Shown in pieces: positions 27,692 to 38,158 of a stretch of 64,000 bases of DNA (position 1 is its first letter; each line of letters opens with the position of its first letter). The translations under genes were made by a program, and so were the position numbers. A model generated the notes under the pieces. It did not search any database. It had not been told where the DNA came from and saw only the letters and a list, made by a program, of their open reading frames with translations. This DNA is from Candidatus Aenigmatarchaeota archaeon (lineage in GTDB: Archaea > Aenigmatarchaeota > Aenigmatarchaeia > QMZP01 > QMZT01), in NCBI GenBank assembly GCA_963726265.1, contig CAVSBQ010000002.1, positions 1,041,252-1,105,251 of the forward strand, in the 5' to 3' direction.

Positions 27692-28075
27692 TCAGTTCCT
27701 GTGCGGCTTCATATGACAATATGGTTTGAGTGATCCTTGGGTGTGCGGGTGTTCTTGTCTGAAAAAAGCATCAATTTTTCCGAGAACTTCTGCCAACTCA
27801 CTTTCTGTGGGCTCTCTCTCGAATTCCAATACCGCTGTATAATCATGATGATTATATAATTTACCAGCGAAATCGGTCAGTTGTGGTTTTTTTTCACTCC
27901 TTTTTCCGTAATGAAAATCATCGCCATTGGATAAACTGATACTTGCAACGAATGGATATTGTAAAACCATTTCAAGCGTTTCGGCGAGCCTTTCAGCTGG
28001 TCTTAGGCCTATTATTCCCTCGTCTTTCAGGTGCAGAGTAAAAATACTGGTGTATATTGTTGCAGCAGATTTCAT
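27692..28075 (-). CDS. hypothetical protein (AT-rich orphan)
   Basis: 127-aa ORF, leaderless TATA spacing. Confidence 0.65.
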   Translation of the reverse strand: MKSAATIYTSIFTLHLKDEGIIGLRPAERLAETLEMVLQYPFVASISLSNGDDFHYGKRSEKKPQLTDFAGKLYNHHDYTAVLEFEREPTESELAEVLGKIDAFFRQEHPHTQGSLKPYCHMKPHRN

Positions 28076-28129
28076 GGTTAATAACTTCGCAGGAAGAATT
28101 TAAAAACGTTAAAAATCAGTTTCTAGTCA

Positions 28130-28741
28130 TCATTCTAAAACGTGCACCACTATCGGCACGTTGGGCCCGAAGTTCGTCGCGGTCTCTGTGCAGTCGGCGA
28201 AAGCGATTTCCTTGCAGGCGACGACGTTGAACATGTATACGCCGGCCGGCGTGCCGCCTGGGATGCGGATTTTGATGTCATAGAGGCCGACGAACGTGTG
28301 GTTTATCTCTATCGGCGTTTCCTGCTGGTCGAGCATGAGCCTCATGCGGGAGAGAAGCGCATCGCAGGTCGTGAAGTGCAGGCACTGGTAAGCGGCCATC
28401 ACGTCGAAGTCCGCGGCGGCAGGGAAGGCCCTCGCTATGAAGTTGTGCTTCTTCCCGTCCTCCTGCAGGTTATTGAAGACGACGTCGAACGCGGCGGTGT
28501 CGTTGGGCCTTAGCCAGAACGTGTTCTCCCCGTATACCATGAAGCTGAAGTCCCCCTTTATGGTGACGTTGCCGCCGCCGAGATGGCTTGACCCGCTTTT
28601 ATTATAATATTCATATGAAGTGTTCTCGTTCAGAGTGCGGCCGTCCCAGTCGCCTGCGGGCGTGGTCGTGCAGCCGCTCGCGAGGACGGCCAGAACTACC
28701 GTTACAAGCGCGATCACGCGCAGACGCATCCCAAGAGCCAT
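28130..28741 (-). CDS. putative lipoprotein
   Basis: hydrophobic signal ending LASGC lipobox. Confidence 0.78.
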   Translation of the reverse strand: MALGMRLRVIALVTVVLAVLASGCTTTPAGDWDGRTLNENTSYEYYNKSGSSHLGGGNVTIKGDFSFMVYGENTFWLRPNDTAAFDVVFNNLQEDGKKHNFIARAFPAAADFDVMAAYQCLHFTTCDALLSRMRLMLDQQETPIEINHTFVGLYDIKIRIPGGTPAGVYMFNVVACKEIAFADCTETATNFGPNVPIVVHVLE

Positions 28742-28808
28742 GTTGATTAACATTTCTCCGAGGACACATAAAAACCAGCCTGATTAACACTCACGTATTT
28801 TATGTTAT

Positions 28809-29405
28809 CTAGAAAATATAGGCTACAATGAAGCCCGCGATGGCGAGGGCAAGCGCGGCCAGCCACACCTTCCGGTTCCACTGCATGACCTTCATGCCGT
28901 CCAGCGGCCCGAACGGTATGAGGTTGAAGATTGCGAGCCAGCCGTTTATCACCGCCATGAACGAGAAGAGTTCGACGCCGCTCGCGAAGTAAGCGGCCAG
29001 CGAGCAGTACATGACGGTTATGTTGAACACGGTCCCTGCGATGCCTATGAGGCCGATGTCCCTGATTCTCGGCGTCCTCATTATCCAGTAGCTCGAGAAG
29101 ACGACCGCGCCCGGCGCGGCGAAGACGAAGCCTCCGCCTGTGGCGATCGCGAGCAGGAGCGCGAGCAGCAGGCCCTGCGGCCACATCCTGTAGGCGGAAT
29201 AGAAGCCCAGCTTCCTCGCGACGAAACGATGCGACAGCTCGTGGCCGACGAAGGCGATGCCGACTCCCATCAGCGAGTATAATATGAAAAACGGATCCCC
29301 CAGAATTTCGGGATACGCGAAAACGAAGCCGAGAACCAGCAAAGAGATTGCAATGTCCCTTATTTCGATGAGGGTGAAATCGAATATGCTCGGCATGAAC
29401 ATCAC
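28809..29405 (-). CDS. site-2 intramembrane metalloprotease (M50)
   Basis: HELSH and FNLIPFGPLDG. Confidence 0.93.
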   Translation of the reverse strand: MMFMPSIFDFTLIEIRDIAISLLVLGFVFAYPEILGDPFFILYSLMGVGIAFVGHELSHRFVARKLGFYSAYRMWPQGLLLALLLAIATGGGFVFAAPGAVVFSSYWIMRTPRIRDIGLIGIAGTVFNITVMYCSLAAYFASGVELFSFMAVINGWLAIFNLIPFGPLDGMKVMQWNRKVWLAALALAIAGFIVAYIF

Positions 29406-29421
29406 GCATCGCTGTTTACCA

Positions 29422-29526
29422 TTATCCTAATGGCGTCTTCCTGTATTTAACCCTTTTTCTGTATTTGGCCCTGTATTTCTTTTTTTTCTTTCCCTCGAAG
29501 AATTCGAGCCTTTCGACGTTCGGCAT
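29422..29526 (-). CDS. 34-aa Lys/Arg/Tyr-rich microprotein (not in ORF track)
   Basis: MPNVERLEFFEGKKKKKYRAKYRKRVKYRKTPLG; G-rich SD-like site; directly upstream of the M50 gene. Confidence 0.45.
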   Translation of the reverse strand: MPNVERLEFFEGKKKKKYRAKYRKRVKYRKTPLG

Positions 29527-29588
29527 TCGCAACGCCCCCTAACATAAATGGGCGGGCTTTTTTAAATAATGAAATAAATTAGGATTGA

Positions 29589-30341
29589 ATGGCTGGAGAG
29601 TTGTTCGCATACGCTGTAATCGGAGTTTTCGCAGGCCTTGTTCTGCTGGTCCTGGGTCTCCTCTGGTTCAGGCAGAAGCAGCTGATAGAGAACACGCCGA
29701 CATCGAAAGTGCGTTCGTTAGCGATGGGACTGGTGGAGATATTCGGGGAGGTCATTCCGGCAGAAAAGCGGATGCTGAAGAGCCCGTTCTCGGGAGAAGA
29801 CTGCATCTATTACAACTACAGCGTCCAGGAGCTGCGCCAGCAGGGCAAAACCAGCACGTGGGTGACTGTGAGGAGCGGGGAGGACAGGACGAAGTTCTAC
29901 CTCAGGGACGACACGGGCCAGGTGCTCGTGGACCCCGCGGGAGCGTCCATCGAGCTTTCCCCCGACTACGAATACGGCTCGGGCTGGGGCAGGGATCCGC
30001 CGCCGAACGTCATCGCGTTCCTTGACAGCCAGGGCATAGGGCACGCCAGTTTCTTGGGCATTAACAAGCAGATGCGCTTCGTCGAATACGACATCATGTC
30101 CGGCGACAAGCTCTACATAATGGGCACCGCGGGCGACAACCCCTACGTTGAAGAAGGGACGGCGAAGCAAAGCTACGAGGACATCATGATACACAAGGGC
30201 AATAACGAGAAGTTTTACATGATTTCGGACAAGCCGGAGAAGGATCTGCTCTCGACGTTCCGCATAAAGGTGGCCGTGGGAATCGTGGGAGGCATAGCCC
30301 TGGTCGCCGGCTGCCTGGCAATAATTTTTATAAACCCGTGA
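29589..30341 (+). CDS. GIDE-domain membrane protein
   Basis: N-terminal TM, IENTPTSKVRSLAMGLVEIFG, FYLRDDTGQVLVDP, GDKLYIMG, C-terminal TM; no RING domain. Confidence 0.82.
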   Translation: MAGELFAYAVIGVFAGLVLLVLGLLWFRQKQLIENTPTSKVRSLAMGLVEIFGEVIPAEKRMLKSPFSGEDCIYYNYSVQELRQQGKTSTWVTVRSGEDRTKFYLRDDTGQVLVDPAGASIELSPDYEYGSGWGRDPPPNVIAFLDSQGIGHASFLGINKQMRFVEYDIMSGDKLYIMGTAGDNPYVEEGTAKQSYEDIMIHKGNNEKFYMISDKPEKDLLSTFRIKVAVGIVGGIALVAGCLAIIFINP

Positions 30342-30373
30342 TTGTTATAATCCTCTAAGGAATGGTGGTGAGT

Positions 30374-30943
30374 ATGGCTTTCGAATTGGGTTTCATAATC
30401 ATGGTGGTGCTGGGCCTTGTTGCCCTAGTCATAGTTGTGTATGTGGTTTCCGTTTTCAACGGGTTGGTCAGGCTGAAGAACAACATCAAGAAATCATTCT
30501 CGAACATAGAAGTCTTATTGAAGCAGAGGATCGACGAGCTGCCGAAGCTTATCGAGTCTGTTAAAGGCTACATGAAGCACGAGCGCGAGACGCTCACGCA
30601 GCTGACGAGGGCCAGGACAGAATTCATGAACGCCAAGACGCTGCCCGAGAAGGCGAAGGCCGACGGCATCATATCAGGCGCGCTTAAGACTATATTCGCG
30701 GTCGCCGAGAACTACCCCAACCTGAAGGCGAACGAGAACTTCATCCAGCTGCAGGGCAGGATAAGCGGCATCGAGAACGAGCTCGCCGACCGACGCGAAT
30801 TCTACAACGATTCCGTCACGACCTACAACATCCGCATACAATCGATTCCGGACAGGTTCGTCGCCGGCATGCTGGGCTACACGCCCGAGGAGCTCTTCAA
30901 GGCGACGGAAGCCGAGAAGCGCGACGTGGAAGTGAAGTTCTGA
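30374..30943 (+). CDS. lemA: LemA family protein
   Basis: FNGLVRL...QRIDELP...VKGYMKHE...AVAENYPNLKANENF...RREFYND. Confidence 0.96.
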   Translation: MAFELGFIIMVVLGLVALVIVVYVVSVFNGLVRLKNNIKKSFSNIEVLLKQRIDELPKLIESVKGYMKHERETLTQLTRARTEFMNAKTLPEKAKADGIISGALKTIFAVAENYPNLKANENFIQLQGRISGIENELADRREFYNDSVTTYNIRIQSIPDRFVAGMLGYTPEELFKATEAEKRDVEVKF

Positions 30944-30957
30944 ATTGGCAGAAGGCA

Positions 30958-31206
30958 TCAAATTATTTTTATTTTGCGCCAATGGCCAAATAACAGAGGT
31001 TTGGGAAATTCAAGCTCCAGTGAACTCAGTTCATAGTTGCTCCCCACAGCGCCGGTGCTTCCAGGCGGCAATGTTGCGGTATTTTCAAAGACCAGATGCC
31101 ATTTGTAGCCCTTTGGTGTTTCTATGATTCCGGTTGCCTTTCCAGCGAGGGGATCCATATGCACATCGTACATACAAGATCTGAGCCAATTTGAGACATA
31201 CCCCAT
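30958..31206 (-). CDS. small hypothetical protein (AT-rich orphan)
   Basis: GGTGA SD upstream of MGYVSNW. Confidence 0.55.
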   Translation of the reverse strand: MGYVSNWLRSCMYDVHMDPLAGKATGIIETPKGYKWHLVFENTATLPPGSTGAVGSNYELSSLELEFPKPLLFGHWRKIKII

Positions 31207-31353
31207 ACAATCACCTCTGAACCCGGATATCAATACTTCTCTGGAAATTTTAAAAATACATACTTTCCCAAGGTTTTGTTTGAAACCAGCAATTTTCGGC
31301 CGCGGCCGAACAAAAACGGAAGACTATTTAATATGGCCCGCCAAGAATAGGAC

Positions 31354-33621
31354 ATGAAAGGCAAAACGTCCCATGGCCCGGAAAATTCCAGAAATTCTAG
31401 GAATTTCAAAAAGGGTTTCGCCCCCTTAGCTGTGTTTTTTGTTTTAGCTCTAGTTGCGGGCGGCTTCGTTTCCTATTACGCCTACCAGGCCAACCCGCAG
31501 CCGGCCGATAATCTGCAGAAGTTCGGCTCGTGCAGCGCGCTTTCCGGCGCGCTGAGGGAGACGCTGCAGAAGGCGAACACATATTACACGATGCAGGGGG
31601 TGCAGGGCGGCGCGGTCAGGACCTTCGGAGGCGTTGGCGCCCCGATGGTGATGGCCGAAAGCGCGTCCAAAGACAGCGCAGGCGCCGAAACGAACGGCGC
31701 CACGGGCGTGACGTATTCCGAGACCAACGTCCAGGTCGAAGGCGTCGACGAAGCGGACATAGTGAAGACGGACGGCTCTTATATTTACACGGTCAGCAGC
31801 GCGAACGCGAACATATATAGATACGCGTATTTCCGCGAGGACTTATACACGGGAGGAAACAGCACGCTGATAATAGCGAAGGCTTACCCTTCCGAGGAAG
31901 CTGCGATTGTCAGCGAGACAGACCTTGGGGATTTCTACCCGCAGGAGATGTTCATAAACGGCAATTACGTTCTGATTTTCGGCTCGACCAGCAAGCAGGT
32001 TCCTTATGAAAATTCAGGGCAGGAGCCTGTGCTTTACGAAGGCGTGGCCGGTTCGGGAACGCCGTCATCCGAAGGCCAGACCGCACCGGACAGCGGCGCG
32101 TCGGAGAAGATGATAGTGCCGCCATATTACCAGCCATACCGCTACATTTCGCTGGCGACGGTAAGGATTTACGACATGGCAGACAAAGCGTCCCCGCAGC
32201 TTGTGCGCTCCGTAGATTTCGAGGGCAGCTACCTGTCCTCGAGAAAAATCGGTTCCTATGTTTATTTCATCGTCAACTCCTACCCCGACTATTATGCCGT
32301 GCAGGCAAGCACGGGTTCGGGCGGAATCCCTGAAATCACGGATGCTGCCGTGCAGGAAATGCTGCCCGAGTTCAGGGACAGGAAAATAGGCGAAATCAGC
32401 GAGGACACGAACCTGACCACGGCGTGCGGCTGTGACGAAGTCGCGTACTTCGAGCCCGTCAACCCGCAGAACTTCATAATCATCGCTTCCATATCGATGG
32501 CCGACCCGCAGGCCGAGGTCACGAAAGAGGTCGTAATGGGCTCCGGCCAGAACGTTTACGCGTCGCTTTCGAGCCTTTACATCGCCGAGACCAGCTACCC
32601 GTTCTGGATGCCTTATGACGAGGCGAATCCCACGCAGCCGACCGAGAAAACGCTCATACACAAGTTCAGCCTGGACAACGGCAAAATCACACACGTCGGC
32701 TACATGGAGGCGCCGGGTCACATCCTCAACCAGTTCTCCATGGACGAATATGACAATCATTTCAGGATTGCGACCACAGTCGGCCAGACATGGTCGCCAA
32801 CCGGGCAGGGAAGCCAGAGCAGGAACAGCGTTTACATTTTTGCGGACGACCTCACCATGAGCGGCAAGCTAGAGGACATCGCTCCTGGCGAGTCGATTTA
32901 CTCCGCGAGGTTCATGGGCGGACGAGGTTATCTGGTCACTTTCAAGAAGATAGACCCGTTCTTCGTGCTCGACCTCTCCGACCACACGAACCCGAGGATA
33001 CTCGGCAAGCTCAAGATACCAGGTTATTCCGATTACCTCCACCCGTATGACGAGAACCACATCATAGGCATAGGCAAGGAGGCGTTCGACGCCGAATCGC
33101 AGGAGGGGATGCCAAGCGATTTCGCGTGGTACCAGGGAGTTAAAATCGCGCTCTTCGACGTCACGGACGTCGCGAACCCGGTGGAGATGCACAAGGTCGT
33201 TATAGGCGACCGCGGCACGGATTCGTATGCGCTCCAGGACCACAAGGCCTTCCTGTTCGACAGGGAGAAGAACCTGCTGGTCGTGCCGATACTCCTGGCG
33301 GAACTGACCGATGAGCAGAAGAACGAAAAGCCTGACTGGGGGATGCCATACGGAGAATACACATACCAGGGAGCGTATGTCTACGATCTTTCGCTGGAGA
33401 ACGGCTTCGTGCTCAAGGGGCGCATCACCCATTACGAGGCGGATGACCAGACCTTCATGAAGAGCGGCTATTACTACTTCGGCGACGAGTACTCCGTAAA
33501 GCGAAGCCTCTACATAGACAGCATCCTTTACACCGTCTCAGGCATGAAGATAAAACTGAACTCGCTGGACAATTTATCTGAAATCAAGCAGCTGGTATTC
33601 TCCTCCAAGCCGGCAGGTTAA
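31354..33621 (+). CDS. secreted beta-propeller domain protein (Beta_propel/COG4880 type)
   Basis: SETNVQVEGVDEADIVKTDG, ILNQFSMDE, GESIYSARF, LKIPGYSDYLHP. Confidence 0.92.
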   Translation: MKGKTSHGPENSRNSRNFKKGFAPLAVFFVLALVAGGFVSYYAYQANPQPADNLQKFGSCSALSGALRETLQKANTYYTMQGVQGGAVRTFGGVGAPMVMAESASKDSAGAETNGATGVTYSETNVQVEGVDEADIVKTDGSYIYTVSSANANIYRYAYFREDLYTGGNSTLIIAKAYPSEEAAIVSETDLGDFYPQEMFINGNYVLIFGSTSKQVPYENSGQEPVLYEGVAGSGTPSSEGQTAPDSGASEKMIVPPYYQPYRYISLATVRIYDMADKASPQLVRSVDFEGSYLSSRKIGSYVYFIVNSYPDYYAVQASTGSGGIPEITDAAVQEMLPEFRDRKIGEISEDTNLTTACGCDEVAYFEPVNPQNFIIIASISMADPQAEVTKEVVMGSGQNVYASLSSLYIAETSYPFWMPYDEANPTQPTEKTLIHKFSLDNGKITHVGYMEAPGHILNQFSMDEYDNHFRIATTVGQTWSPTGQGSQSRNSVYIFADDLTMSGKLEDIAPGESIYSARFMGGRGYLVTFKKIDPFFVLDLSDHTNPRILGKLKIPGYSDYLHPYDENHIIGIGKEAFDAESQEGMPSDFAWYQGVKIALFDVTDVANPVEMHKVVIGDRGTDSYALQDHKAFLFDREKNLLVVPILLAELTDEQKNEKPDWGMPYGEYTYQGAYVYDLSLENGFVLKGRITHYEADDQTFMKSGYYYFGDEYSVKRSLYIDSILYTVSGMKIKLNSLDNLSEIKQLVFSSKPAG

Positions 33622-33833
33622 GCCCGTTTGAGCAAACCCTTATTTTTCCACTTTTTTCCAAACCTGCCCACGTTCATGCTGACCAGCCAGACCGCGACCA
33701 GCATTACCACGAAGAACGCGGGAGCGAACGGGCGAAACGTCTCGATGGTAGAGCCGAACCACAAAACCAGTATTACCGATATCAGAAGCAGTATTATCAT
33801 GACGTTCAGGTCGCGCTCTTTCTCGTAGTCCAT
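33618..33833 (-). CDS. small 2-TM membrane protein
   Basis: hydrophobic hairpin; directly follows guaAB. Confidence 0.65.
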   Translation of the reverse strand: MDYEKERDLNVMIILLLISVILVLWFGSTIETFRPFAPAFFVVMLVAVWLVSMNVGRFGKKWKNKGLLKRA

Positions 33834-33838
33834 GCGAA

Positions 33839-34816
33839 TCAGACGGCCTCTATCGTCGACGGCGGCTTCCTTGTTATGTTGTAAGTGACGCTGACGACCT
33901 GCGGCATTTCGGACGTTATCCTGTCAGCGAGCTTTTCCAGGACGTCGTGGGAAAGCTTCGTAGGCGTCCCTGTCACGGCGTCCCTGCTGTCCCAGCATCT
34001 CACTTCTATCTGATGTCCGTAATCCCTTCTGCCGTTTCTCATGCCCGTGACCTTGTCCGTGTGCAGGATGGCCAGGTACTGGAAAGCGCTGGTCGTCGCC
34101 AGTTCATCTTCAACAATCTCCGTCGCTTTTCTCACGATTTCAATCTTTTCGGGCGTCACTTCCCCGATGACCCTCGCCGCAAGCGCAGGGCCTGGAAAGG
34201 GTTTTCTTTCGTATATTTCCTGCGGTAATCCAAGGGTCTTCGCCACCTTCCTCACCGCCGGCTTCCTCAGCTCGACCAGGGGCTCAAGAACCGTGTAGCC
34301 ATACGCCTTCTGCGTGTCTATGCCTAGCTGCTCGAGGATGTTGTGCTGCCTCTTGACGCCGGCAAGCGTCTCCTCGACGTCGGTGTATATCGTTCCGTGG
34401 AGGAGGAACTTCGCGCCGCTTTCCTTCACCAGCTTCCCGAAGATCTCCCTGTAGAACGTCTGGGTTATCGCTTCCCTCTTTTCCTCGGGGTCGGTCAGGC
34501 CTTTCAGCGCGCTGAAGAACTGCTTCCTCGCGTCGACCAGCTCGACCTTTATGCCCATTTTCCTGAAAAATGAAACGACCCTTTGCGGTTCGCCTTCTCT
34601 CATCAGGCCGTTCTCGATGAAATACGTTCTGAGCCTGTTGCCCAGCGCCCTGTGCGCGAGAAGCGTGACCGTCGATGAATCAACGCCGCCTGACAGCGCG
34701 TTGACGGCGAGGCCGCTGCCGACAACGGAAGAAATCTCCCCCACTTTCTGCCTTATGAACTCATCCGCATTGAGCTCTTCCAGCCTTATCTCCCTGACAC
34801 CCTCTTTCGTTTTCAT
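33839..34816 (-). CDS. guaAB: GMP synthase, ATP-pyrophosphatase subunit B
   Basis: ALSGGVDSS, DPEEKR, GTIYTD, PFPGPALAAR, KPPSTIE. Confidence 0.93.
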   Translation of the reverse strand: MKTKEGVREIRLEELNADEFIRQKVGEISSVVGSGLAVNALSGGVDSSTVTLLAHRALGNRLRTYFIENGLMREGEPQRVVSFFRKMGIKVELVDARKQFFSALKGLTDPEEKREAITQTFYREIFGKLVKESGAKFLLHGTIYTDVEETLAGVKRQHNILEQLGIDTQKAYGYTVLEPLVELRKPAVRKVAKTLGLPQEIYERKPFPGPALAARVIGEVTPEKIEIVRKATEIVEDELATTSAFQYLAILHTDKVTGMRNGRRDYGHQIEVRCWDSRDAVTGTPTKLSHDVLEKLADRITSEMPQVVSVTYNITRKPPSTIEAV

Positions 34817-34879
34817 GGTTTAGATTGCGCGGCCGGCTTTATATTTATTTTTTAAATCCTCTTTTCAAATTGAAACATC

Positions 34880-35620
34880 ATGAAAGCGCTCACTCTTTCC
34901 CCTTCTACGATTTCCTTGTTCATGGAGTGCCCGCGCTGCTTCTGGCTGAGGTTCAACATGGGCATTAAAAGGCCCGATACCATTTTTCCCAGCCTTCCCG
35001 GAGGAATGGACCTCATCCTCAAGAAACATTTCGACAGGCACAGGCAGGACCGTTCGCTTCCGGAAGAGCTCGACGGCAAGTTTCAGGGAAGGCTTTTCGA
35101 CGACCATGCGAAGCTCGATGCATGGAGGGATAACAGAAGGGGACTGCGCTACACGGACGAGAACACGGGCGCGGCATTGATGGGCGCGCTGGACGACCTC
35201 TTCGTCACGGCGGATGGGAAGTTCGCGCCGCTCGATTTCAAGACGCGCGGCTTTCCAAGGAACGTGGATACGCACTCTTACTACCAGCACCAGATGGACA
35301 TATACTCCTTCCTGCTCGAGAAGAATTCCCTCCAGCCAGCGGATTTCGCCATCCTCATTTTCTACCATCCGACCGGAGTCGACGCGAACCACAACGTCAT
35401 CTTCAACTCCGACCCGGTCAAGGTCCCGGTCGACCGGAAGCGCGGCGAGAGGCTTTTCCTCGACGCGGTCGCCTGCCTGCGGGGAAGCGAACCCAAAGCC
35501 CACGCGGCCTGCGGCTTCTGCGGGTGGGCCGGCAAGCTGAATGGCATGAACATGCCAGAAACGGCAAAGCCGCACGAAGAAAGAATGGAGAAGAAGAACA
35601 ACCTGTCCGATTTCATGTGA
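34880..35620 (+). CDS. PD-(D/E)XK RecB-family nuclease
   Basis: LSPS...ECPRCF, GALDD, LDFKT, QMDIY, C-terminal CGFC. Confidence 0.88.
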   Translation: MKALTLSPSTISLFMECPRCFWLRFNMGIKRPDTIFPSLPGGMDLILKKHFDRHRQDRSLPEELDGKFQGRLFDDHAKLDAWRDNRRGLRYTDENTGAALMGALDDLFVTADGKFAPLDFKTRGFPRNVDTHSYYQHQMDIYSFLLEKNSLQPADFAILIFYHPTGVDANHNVIFNSDPVKVPVDRKRGERLFLDAVACLRGSEPKAHAACGFCGWAGKLNGMNMPETAKPHEERMEKKNNLSDFM

Positions 35621-35641
35621 TTTGTGCGGCCCTTGCTTCGT

Positions 35642-36073
35642 CTAAAGGGACGCTTCAAGTAGGTCGTGGCTTCCGCTTTCCTGGTTTTCCCTGTCCAGCA
35701 CAGCAATCGCCAGGCTTTTTAATTTTTCGAGCTCATACATCAGCATTTCCACGTTCGCCTCATCGGAAAAAACAGAGCCAGCCACTTTTCTCATGTCCTC
35801 CGGGCCAAGCTCCCTGAAAAGCTTCTTTTTTCCCAGAAGATAGTAAGGCAGGGGCAATATGCATTCCATATCCTTTGCCCTGATGTGTATCATATACCCG
35901 CCAGGAAGTATTTCCACATATTTTATGCCAAACGTATTGTTGCCGTCAATATCCACTGCTCTTTCAAACACAGGGAAATTGCAGTAAGGCACTTTATCCC
36001 TCACGTTATCCCTGTATACGAAGTCCTGTGTTTGCACAGGGCCTGTGGGTCGGTGGCTGTCCTTTTTCTGCAT
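35642..36073 (-). CDS. hypothetical protein (orphan)
   Basis: ORF with TATA upstream. Confidence 0.62.
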   Translation of the reverse strand: MQKKDSHRPTGPVQTQDFVYRDNVRDKVPYCNFPVFERAVDIDGNNTFGIKYVEILPGGYMIHIRAKDMECILPLPYYLLGKKKLFRELGPEDMRKVAGSVFSDEANVEMLMYELEKLKSLAIAVLDRENQESGSHDLLEASL

Positions 36074-36214
36074 AGCAATAAATTATCCGGGATTAGCTTT
36101 AAAAATCCGGATTTTCGGTTTCAGCCGAACAAAAACGGGCCGGTTTATAAGAGGGCCGGACTAGTTATTAATCATAAGGCAATGCGACCCAATACAGCCT
36201 GAAGGGGGAATGCT

Positions 36215-36574
36215 ATGAACAAGAAAAATCTTGTATACGGCCTGTTCATGATACTGATCATAATAACGGTCGGGATTGCCGGCTGCGTCAGCGGCCAGCC
36301 GAAAGCATGCACTGAAGAAGCGAAGCTATGCCCCGACGGCAGTTACGTGGGGCGCGACTCTAACAACAACTGCGAGTTCATGCCATGCCCCGGCGATGGC
36401 GCGCAGCTTGCAAACCCGGCGTCTGTTTTCTGCGCTGACATGGACGGAACGTTAAAAATCATTACGACTGCTGAGGGGCAGGCCGGCTACTGCGAGTTCC
36501 CTGACGGCAACGTTTGCGAGGAGTGGGCGTTCTTCAGGAGCAACGGGACGGACTGCGTCGCGCCGGCGGGTTAG
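36215..36574 (+). CDS. Cys-rich lipoprotein with DUF333 domain
   Basis: IAGC lipobox; CTEEAKLCPDGSYVGR; ANPASVFC...GYCEFPDGNVCEEW. Confidence 0.85.
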   Translation: MNKKNLVYGLFMILIIITVGIAGCVSGQPKACTEEAKLCPDGSYVGRDSNNNCEFMPCPGDGAQLANPASVFCADMDGTLKIITTAEGQAGYCEFPDGNVCEEWAFFRSNGTDCVAPAG

Positions 36575-36619
36575 TTTTTCGAACTTTAATTTTATAAAAT
36601 CCTTAGCCAAGACTATTGC

Positions 36620-37198
36620 ATGAACGTCCTGCCTGAGATAGCGAAAAGGAAAAGCCCTCTGGTTTTCGACGAGAATAAAGAGGTCGAAAAAGAAAAGATA
36701 GATGCCCTTATCGAGGCCGCGCGCTGGGCGCCTTCCTGCTTCAACAACCAGGAATGGAATTACGTTTTTGTCGGCAGGAAAGACGGGACGAGAAAAGCCA
36801 TCGAAGACGCGCTCTCGCTAGGCAACGGCTGGGCGAAGAAAGCGCCGTATATCGTAGCTGTGAGCGCTGACCCCAAGAAGGCGTGCGACACGAACAGCCT
36901 TCCTTATTACGCGTACGACCTCGGACTCAGCGTCATGAGCCTTTCGCTCGAAGCGGAACACCAGGGCCTCCGCGTCCACCAGATGGCGGGCTGGGACGAG
37001 GCGAAAGCGAAAAAGGCGCTAGGCTTCCCCGAGAATTTCAGGGTCGTGGTCGTGTTCGCGCTGGGTTACGAGGCGGACGTGAAACGCATCTTCGACAAAC
37101 TAGAAGAGCGCCTGAAAGACAAGCTCGCCAGGCCCAGGACGAGGAAGCCGCCTGAAGAGAATTTTTTCTTCGGCAGTTTCGCGAAAAAACGCCCGTGA
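36620..37198 (+). CDS. nitroreductase family protein
   Basis: KRKS, EAARWAPSCFNNQEW, LGY. Confidence 0.93.
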   Translation: MNVLPEIAKRKSPLVFDENKEVEKEKIDALIEAARWAPSCFNNQEWNYVFVGRKDGTRKAIEDALSLGNGWAKKAPYIVAVSADPKKACDTNSLPYYAYDLGLSVMSLSLEAEHQGLRVHQMAGWDEAKAKKALGFPENFRVVVVFALGYEADVKRIFDKLEERLKDKLARPRTRKPPEENFFFGSFAKKRP

Positions 37199-37274
37199 AC
37201 AGTATCCGCATAAAAAGTTTGACTTCAATATATATTCAGGGTTGTTTTTGCGGGTGGGTTGAATCGCTGAGTCC

Positions 37275-37778
37275 GTGGTCAAAGCAGCAATCGGCATGCT
37301 TGCGGTTTCTGTGGCTGTATTGCTCGCGTTTTTTCCCCTCCAGCCAACTGGATACATGACGTCCGCGACCGCTTCGGAAGCTTCAGCTTCCCATAAGACC
37401 GGGGGAGAGCCGCAGGTGACGGTCACGTTCTCTTCGTATGACATCGAGCAGTGCAGTGACGAGCTGGCCGCATGTATGCAATCGGTAAGCGAGCTCAGCG
37501 ACATCGTGCTCGACAAATGCGAGAAACCGCACCACGATTTCGAGGTCGTGGCATGGGACGTCGCGAAAGCGCATGACTATTCGGAGAACGAATTCAATTG
37601 CGAGGATTTCAGCGCCTCGCTTGCCGAAAGGCTCGGCGGGCTAGGCTACAGCGCGAGGCTGGTACATGGCTATTACAAGGGCGAGCCGCACACGTGGGTG
37701 GTCGCCGAGATACCCATAGAATCCACCAGCGGCAACATCATCACGCCGCAGCAATACGCGGACTACACCGAAAAATAG
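37275..37778 (+). CDS. secreted protein with transglutaminase-like Cys-His domain
   Basis: signal/TM, FNCEDFS, HTWV. Confidence 0.7.
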   Translation: MVKAAIGMLAVSVAVLLAFFPLQPTGYMTSATASEASASHKTGGEPQVTVTFSSYDIEQCSDELAACMQSVSELSDIVLDKCEKPHHDFEVVAWDVAKAHDYSENEFNCEDFSASLAERLGGLGYSARLVHGYYKGEPHTWVVAEIPIESTSGNIITPQQYADYTEK

Positions 37779-37793
37779 AAATATCCTAAAACC

Positions 37794-38018
37794 CTAAAGG
37801 TTTTCTCCTGTATACGAACCCGGGAAGCTTGGGAAGAATTTTTTGCGCAGGTTGTTCATGTATATTTCCCCAAGTTCACGCGCAATTCTGGATCCAAGCG
37901 GAAGTCCAAGTCCGAATACAGATGGCGGTGCGTCCGCATACGATCTTACTTCCTCCAGAACCATGAACGCTTCCACAGGATTATCCGGAACTACCGTTAA
38001 CTGAGTCCTCAGCGGCAT
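37794..38018 (-). CDS. small hypothetical protein
   Basis: 74-aa ORF with TTTATAAA upstream. Confidence 0.5.
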   Translation of the reverse strand: MPLRTQLTVVPDNPVEAFMVLEEVRSYADAPPSVFGLGLPLGSRIARELGEIYMNNLRKKFFPSFPGSYTGENL

Positions 38019-38158
38019 ATCTTCTTATAGCAGGCAAAATTTTATAAAAGGCTTGCGGCATCGCTGCGGCTCTCGTTTCCTGTTTTCGCCGTTTTCGCCA
38101 AAATTTATAACGATACGTGTTCAATATAGACTAATATTCAAACCGGGATAATGATAGC

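Noticed and set aside
34880..35620. Cas4/CRISPR adaptation gene
   Set aside because: Stand-alone RecB-like PD-(D/E)XK nuclease; the C-terminal Cys cluster is incomplete relative to Cas4; no cas1/cas2 or array nearby.
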